In this document: in pieces, positions 14,702 through 20,000 of the stretch | Layout of the letters: each line of letters opens with the position of its first letter | Position numbering within the stretch: position 1 is the first letter of the stretch | Virus record (IMG/VR): IMGVR_UViG_3300012005_000005 | Length of the DNA: 20,000 nucleotides | Direction: 5' to 3' (one strand) | Source: an uncultured virus (IMG/VR IMGVR_UViG_3300012005_000005) | Lineage: Duplodnaviria > Heunggongvirae > Uroviricota > Caudoviricetes | The notes under the pieces: generated by a model | What the model was told of the DNA's origin: nothing | The model's database searches: none | Seen by the model: the letters and a program-made list of their open reading frames with translations, nothing else | Program-made: the position numbers and the translations under genes

Positions 14702-15538
14702 ATGACTAAGTTAATTAACAATCCTTTGTTAGGAACGGATTTTGAATTGTTTCTAAAGCACAAAGAAACTAATGAGATAGTATCTGCTGAGGGGCTTATA
14801 CAAGGAACTAAATATGCTCCTTTTAACTTTGATAAATCCAATCAGTTCTTTTCTACTTCTCTTGATAATGTACTTGCAGAATGTTGTATTCCTCCTGTAA
14901 ATAATGTAGAAGGGTGGCTTGCTAACATAAAAAAATCAAGAGATTATATAGAATCAATACTCCCTGCACATTTATGTACAGCAGCTACTCCTGCGGCTGT
15001 TTTAGATGCTAAGTGGCTTTCCACTATTAACGCTAAAACATTTGGATGCGATCCTGACTTCAACGCTTGGCTAAAATTAGCTAATGAAAGCCCAAAAGCA
15101 GACAATCCAAATCTTAGAAGTGCGGGTGCTCATATTCATGTAGGATATGATTTGCACCTTCTTGAGGATGGTGAAGTTGATTGGGAAAAGAAAATTTCTC
15201 TTGGAGAGAATATTATTAAAGCAATGGATTTGTTTGTTGGTGTACCTTCTGTTATTCAAGAACCTGAGAATGATAGAAAGAAGCTATACGGAAAAGCAGG
15301 TGCTTTCAGATTTAAAGACTATGGTGTAGAATATCGTACAGCGAGCAATTATTATTTAGAAAGTGAAAAGCTTACAAAATGGGTATTTGGAGCAACCATA
15401 AAAGCTTTGGATTTTGTAAATGAGGAACGCATAGAAGAAGTAGATAGTGTTGGAGGCTTTATTCAGTCTGCTATAAATGAAAATGATAAGAACTTAGCAT
15501 GGCAACTTATAAGACAATTTGATTTGGAATTGGCATAA
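14702..15538 (+). CDS. phiEco32-like COOH-NH2 ligase type 2 (glutamine synthetase-like amidoligase)
   Basis: GTDFELFL, DNVLAE, GCDPDFNAW, RSAGAHIHVG and RKKLYGKAGAFRFKDYGVEYRT.SN motifs. Confidence 0.9.
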   Translation: MTKLINNPLLGTDFELFLKHKETNEIVSAEGLIQGTKYAPFNFDKSNQFFSTSLDNVLAECCIPPVNNVEGWLANIKKSRDYIESILPAHLCTAATPAAVLDAKWLSTINAKTFGCDPDFNAWLKLANESPKADNPNLRSAGAHIHVGYDLHLLEDGEVDWEKKISLGENIIKAMDLFVGVPSVIQEPENDRKKLYGKAGAFRFKDYGVEYRTASNYYLESEKLTKWVFGATIKALDFVNEERIEEVDSVGGFIQSAINENDKNLAWQLIRQFDLELA

Positions 15539-15572
15539 ATCTTAAATTAGTGTAATTAACAAATATTAAATA

Positions 15573-16415
15573 ATGAAGAGACTAATTGTATTTTCACGCC
15601 ATCCTTCTCATAATATGTTAAGGGAGGCAGGTTTGCTTTTTGAAAAAAGGACACTCATAAGATTTGGCTCAGAAACAATACCAAAACGTAAGTTTGATGT
15701 AGAGATAAATTCTCCTAACGCTGTTAAAGATTCTGCTAATAAACTACTAATGAAGCAGGATTTTACGAGGGCGGGTGTGAAAACAACAGATTGGTATATT
15801 TGGTTAGAAGAGGGTTTAGTAAGACCTGTTGGCATTGAAAACGGATGGATGTTAACCACAGATGGTTGTGAATTGAATAGATTGAATTATCCTATAATAG
15901 CTAAACATATTTATGGAAGCAGGGGAACAGGAAATTATAAACTTGATGATGAAATAACTTTAAAAAACTGGATTTACAAACCTAACAGAGATTTATCTAA
16001 ATTCATATTTGAAGAGTTCTTTAAGAAAGGTCGTGAATATAGACTTCATGTAACAAAGGATGGGTGTTTTTACACTTGCCGAAAACTGCTTAAAAATGAT
16101 GCAGTAGAACGCTGGCACAGACATTCAAGTAATTGTATATGGCTTTTAGAAACTCATCCTAAGTTTGATAAGCCTGTTAATTGGGAATTGATAGAAGCAG
16201 ATTGTGTGAAGGCATTAGAGGCGATTGGCGCAGATGTTTTAGCTTTTGATGTAAAGGTACAGTTTAGTAAAAATAAGAATGGGAAGGTACGTGAAAATCC
16301 CAAATGGGTGATAATTGAATCATGCTCTGCTCCTTCATTCGGTGACATCACTCTTCAAAAATATATTGAAGAAATTCCTAAAATTTATAAAAGTAAAACA
16401 GATGGTAAGTTATAA
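15573..16415 (+). CDS. ATP-grasp ligase (RimK-like, phiEco32 type)
   Basis: NKL..K, YPIIAK...GSRGTG, FEEF, EYRLHV, FDVK and IIESCSAPS motifs. Confidence 0.85.
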   Translation: MKRLIVFSRHPSHNMLREAGLLFEKRTLIRFGSETIPKRKFDVEINSPNAVKDSANKLLMKQDFTRAGVKTTDWYIWLEEGLVRPVGIENGWMLTTDGCELNRLNYPIIAKHIYGSRGTGNYKLDDEITLKNWIYKPNRDLSKFIFEEFFKKGREYRLHVTKDGCFYTCRKLLKNDAVERWHRHSSNCIWLLETHPKFDKPVNWELIEADCVKALEAIGADVLAFDVKVQFSKNKNGKVRENPKWVIIESCSAPSFGDITLQKYIEEIPKIYKSKTDGKL

Positions 16416-16962
16416 ATTGTTTTCAGGAAAAAGACTTGTTAAAGACCATGAACAAACAACTTGTTTTGTTTACATTACCCAATTTAGTTTTTCAAAAGAA
16501 ATAGACAAAGTAGTTATTTATCCACACTTGTATCAGATGCAAAATTTTACAGAAGAAGAGATTAAAATATGGATAAAGACTATTAACCTTTGGGGGTTTA
16601 AGTGCCACTACGATGGCAAAGATAATCTTCGTTACTATTTTAGTATAGATTTAAAAAAGATGTATAACAAACCACATTTAACATCTACGCTAATATTAAT
16701 TAGATATTTGTGGGAACAAGAAGAAATATTGAAAAAATATTTTTCTCTTAGAGAAGATAGGAGAAACAAATTTAAAGCAATGTTAGAGGCTCATAATATT
16801 AACGTGCCTTATATTAATTCTAACCACACTCTAAGAGATTATAGAAAACAAACACTTACTTCTCACAAAGAAATACTAAAAAGGATAAAAGAATGTGAAA
16901 TACCTGTTCATGGAGAATCATCCAGGTATGATAATTTAATAAGTAATTTATGGAGAAACTAA
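16402..16962 (+). CDS. Hypothetical protein within the ligase cluster
   Basis: ATG at 16402 overlaps the end of the ATP-grasp gene (track ORF starts at 16315). Confidence 0.75.
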   Translation: MVSYKLFSGKRLVKDHEQTTCFVYITQFSFSKEIDKVVIYPHLYQMQNFTEEEIKIWIKTINLWGFKCHYDGKDNLRYYFSIDLKKMYNKPHLTSTLILIRYLWEQEEILKKYFSLREDRRNKFKAMLEAHNINVPYINSNHTLRDYRKQTLTSHKEILKRIKECEIPVHGESSRYDNLISNLWRN

Positions 16963-16979
16963 TCAATAAAAAATAGAAT

Positions 16980-17618
16980 ATGAATAAAAGAAAAATCTAT
17001 GTTGTAGGAAACTCATTTGAGTACGCAAATTGGATGGAAGGCAAACTAACTAATGTGCTTGAAGAATCAGATTTAATTGTATTTACAGGTGGTGAAGATG
17101 TTTCTCCTGTTTTATATGGAGAAAAACCACATCCCACCACAGGTTTTAATATTAGAAGGGATACTAATGAAATGCAGATTTACTGTAAAGCACTTCAGCA
17201 CAAAAAACATATTATAGGAATCTGTAGAGGTTCTCAATTTTTATGTGTAATGAATGGTGGTAAACTTGTACAGCACCAAAACAATCCTAAATACATACAT
17301 CCTATCTCTCTTAGAGACGGAACAGTGATTAATATTACTTCTACACATCATCAAGCTGCTTATCCTTTTAATCTTTCAAAAGAAGATTATATTATAATAG
17401 GGTGGGGAGATGGATTGTCAGAGTTCCATTTAAATGGATATGGAGAAGAACTCAGTGACATTCCTAATTTTAAAGAATGTGAAATAGTGTATTACCCGCA
17501 CACTAAATGTTTAGGTATTCAAGGGCATCCTGAGCATGAAAATTATAAATATGAAGATGGCCTGCCATATCTTCAAAACTTATTAAATGATTTTTTAAAC
17601 GATAAAATAAAAGTATGA
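16980..17618 (+). CDS. Class I glutamine amidotransferase / peptidase C26 (gamma-glutamyl hydrolase-like)
   Basis: FTGGEDVSP..YGE, GICRGSQ nucleophile Cys, STHHQ and QGHPE triad motif. Confidence 0.92.
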   Translation: MNKRKIYVVGNSFEYANWMEGKLTNVLEESDLIVFTGGEDVSPVLYGEKPHPTTGFNIRRDTNEMQIYCKALQHKKHIIGICRGSQFLCVMNGGKLVQHQNNPKYIHPISLRDGTVINITSTHHQAAYPFNLSKEDYIIIGWGDGLSEFHLNGYGEELSDIPNFKECEIVYYPHTKCLGIQGHPEHENYKYEDGLPYLQNLLNDFLNDKIKV

Positions 17619-19966
17619 TAACATTATTTGCAAGTCTTTATTTTCTTTCATATATATTACGAATAGTTCGTGGTGGTAAGTTAAACACATTGTCTTGTGG
17701 GTTATTTGGATTTTGCGGCTCTGAACCACCTGATATGAACAAGATTAAAATCTTAGGAATCTTGAATGAGATAAGAGGCACGCACTCTTGTGGGATATTT
17801 TATAATGGAAAAATTATAAAAGGTGTTGGTAAAGAAGCAATATTTACTAACTTTTTAACATATAACACTATTAATGCTGTAAAAGGAGCTAATATTTTTA
17901 TAGGGCATACAAGATCTGCTACTTATGGGGAACATTCGGAGGAAAACGCTCATCCATTTTCAGTAAATGATGAGTTAGTATTAGCTCATAATGGAACTCT
18001 TACTAATTCTTGGGCTATGTGTAATAAATATAACATAGACCATACCAAAATAAGAGTGGACAGTTTAGCACTTGCTTGCTTATTACATCAGGAAGGGGAA
18101 AAGATTTTAAATGAGTATAAAGGAGCGGCTGCACTACTTTATTGTAAAAAAGATAGTCCTGATAGCTTATTTGTATATCATGGATCGTCTAAGAAAAAAC
18201 CTAATGAAAAGGAAGAAGAGGAAAGACCTTTATATTATATGAAAACTAAAACAGGTTTTTACTTTAGCAGCTTAGTGTATGCTTTAGAAGTTATAAGAGA
18301 AAATGAAAGAGAGTATCCACTTCTTGTGCCTTATAACAGAGTTTTAAAGTTTACTAATAATAAACAAGAAAAGTCTACTATTATAGTAGACAGGGGAGAT
18401 TGTAATGTTGTATATCCCTCGCCAGTTTTTAATAAAAATGCGGATATTAGAACTTGTGTTGGCTATCCTAAAGCGTCTGACTACAACGGTAAAGGTACTG
18501 CTGTTTTGGCTTCAAGTAAAGAAGAGGAGTCACTAATTTGGAGGGAATCTTTGCCTAAGAAATCTTTTGATACTGAGTGTGACTTCTTATATTTTCATAA
18601 AGGAAGGTACTGGAAAGTTGAAAATACTAAAGTGGCTCAGGTCACTACTTATGCAGATGGTTGTTTGAAGCTTTCAAAGAAAAGCGGGCATATAAATGAA
18701 GATGGGATAGCTTTTTACTTTTATAAAGGAGTGTTATTAAAAGGTTCAGGCTCATTAGATATTGTAAACCTTCCTGAAACTCAGGAAAAGTTGAAAAAAA
18801 TGAACTTTGCTGCAATAATAAGCAAATATTCAAGGTATCCTGTTACAAATCTTGAGGATGAAAGTACGTTTGTACCTATATCAGATGTTAGGTTCTGCTG
18901 GTATAGCAATGGCAGACCAGAAAAATCTGGATTCACTCCTCTATTTTCTAATAGAACTTATACCTTTAAAGAAGGAAGGCTGGTAAAAATAACATGTCAT
19001 GATAAATTAGAAGAACCTTTGATAATTGAGCCTGTAATAAAAAAAGAAGGGGCTCCTGTAATAAAAAAAGAAAAATCAGATATTGTAAAGCAAGCTACAC
19101 TCTCTTTCTCTACAGACAAAGAAAAAGACAAAAAAGAAAACTTAGCTGCTTTAGAGGAAGAGTTGAAATTCTTTAATAAGAGAGGTTGGATAACTGAGGA
19201 AACTGTACAAGCACATATTTCTTCTGTAGGAGAAAATGCTTTAGATTCTTATATACGAGATGCAAGTTGGGCGCAGTCAGAAGCTACCATATGTAAAAAA
19301 GATGTAGATGAAAGAATATCCACAATATTTACAGATGCTGTGTTAAATCATACTTCTATATTAGAAGAGCTTCCGAATATTGGATGCTTTACTGATTATT
19401 TAGAAGATGCCATAGAAAGCCAACAAACTGTAAACGCAATCATAAGAGATGTTAAAAAGAATGGAACAACTGCTTCAAGAAAAGCAATTTCTTCTGATTA
19501 TGAACAAAACTCATTAGGAATTTGGGTTCCCAAAAATAAAGATGATTTGCCCTTTGATGGAAAAGTAATAGAACTTTGTAAAGTATGTGCAGGATATGGT
19601 TTAGATTTAGATGATGAAAGGATTCTTTGTGATCATTGTGATGGCACAGGCAAAGAACCATTAGTTAAACTATTTTCTGATCCAGAATTAAACAAAGAAC
19701 CTTTTCTAACAGAATTAGAGGAAGAAGTTATTTTAGAAGAGGCTTATGCCAAAGAGCTTTTAGAAGAGTTTGTAGAAACAATTAGAAGTTTTGACTCTAC
19801 AATAAATTCGTTGGAAGAACTGAAAAAAACAGAATTAGCAACTGATGCTTGTAAAATATTAAATGAAGAAATACTAATTATTAAGAGACGACTTACGGAA
19901 GTAGGAAGCAGATTTGGATTAGAAAAATTCACAAACCAAATAAATAAAAAATCATTACTATGTTAA
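17615..19966 (+). CDS. Class II (Ntn) glutamine amidotransferase domain fused to a long C-terminal region with a CxxCxGxG zinc finger and acidic helical tail
   Basis: CGLFG, RGTHSCG, GHTRSAT, NAHPF, HNGTL and VDS motifs; CKVCAGYG...CDHCDGTG. Confidence 0.88.
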   Translation: MITLFASLYFLSYILRIVRGGKLNTLSCGLFGFCGSEPPDMNKIKILGILNEIRGTHSCGIFYNGKIIKGVGKEAIFTNFLTYNTINAVKGANIFIGHTRSATYGEHSEENAHPFSVNDELVLAHNGTLTNSWAMCNKYNIDHTKIRVDSLALACLLHQEGEKILNEYKGAAALLYCKKDSPDSLFVYHGSSKKKPNEKEEEERPLYYMKTKTGFYFSSLVYALEVIRENEREYPLLVPYNRVLKFTNNKQEKSTIIVDRGDCNVVYPSPVFNKNADIRTCVGYPKASDYNGKGTAVLASSKEEESLIWRESLPKKSFDTECDFLYFHKGRYWKVENTKVAQVTTYADGCLKLSKKSGHINEDGIAFYFYKGVLLKGSGSLDIVNLPETQEKLKKMNFAAIISKYSRYPVTNLEDESTFVPISDVRFCWYSNGRPEKSGFTPLFSNRTYTFKEGRLVKITCHDKLEEPLIIEPVIKKEGAPVIKKEKSDIVKQATLSFSTDKEKDKKENLAALEEELKFFNKRGWITEETVQAHISSVGENALDSYIRDASWAQSEATICKKDVDERISTIFTDAVLNHTSILEELPNIGCFTDYLEDAIESQQTVNAIIRDVKKNGTTASRKAISSDYEQNSLGIWVPKNKDDLPFDGKVIELCKVCAGYGLDLDDERILCDHCDGTGKEPLVKLFSDPELNKEPFLTELEEEVILEEAYAKELLEEFVETIRSFDSTINSLEELKKTELATDACKILNEEILIIKRRLTEVGSRFGLEKFTNQINKKSLLC

Positions 19967-20000
19967 GTTACTCAGAAGATTCTACTTTACCAAATAAAGT
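19960..20000 (+). CDS. 5' end of the next gene (MLSYSEDSTLPIK...), truncated by the window edge
   Basis: ATG overlaps the upstream stop region and the frame is open to the edge. Confidence 0.55.
   Translation, partial: MLSYSEDSTLPNK

Noticed and set aside
1834..19932. Other minus-strand and nested track ORFs (e.g. 1834-2184, 7811-7996, 8469-8747, 9477-9695, 15147-15329, 15608-15859, 19452-19661)
   Set aside because: They are shadows of better-supported + strand genes or RNAs.
1..20000. Stop-codon reassignment as seen in some Bacteroidota phages
   Set aside because: Long enzyme genes are intact in the standard code, and TAG and TGA end genes at sensible boundaries (e.g. 2326, 10000, 17618).

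Overview
AT-rich, gene-dense segment with all credible genes on the + strand. It is almost certainly a bacteriophage of a Bacteroidota host: there is a TTTG-N20-TAnnTTTG promoter at 10010-10041, initiation regions are A-rich without Shine-Dalgarno motifs, and the genetic code is standard. Layout from left to right: (1) about 800 nt of non-coding, hairpin-dense sequence (about 90-880), a candidate large ncRNA; (2) many small hypothetical genes of early/accessory type (1.1-7.7 kb), including a DUF6948-like gene coupled to a 45x (Gly-X) repeat gene; (3) an RNA array (7.9-9.1 kb) with two tRNA-shaped RNAs that lack a normal anticodon loop, further structured RNAs and a clear tmRNA with a long 29-codon tag; (4) DNA-metabolism genes (HNH-type nuclease, NinB-like protein, SF4 helicase, UDG-like protein with a changed catalytic motif), a gamma-glutamylcyclotransferase and another structured RNA; (5) a phiEco32-type amide/peptide-ligase cluster (COOH-NH2 ligase, ATP-grasp, class I and class II glutamine amidotransferases), followed by an ORF that runs off the right edge. 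All calls come from reading motifs and pairing bases by eye; no searches or folding programs were run.
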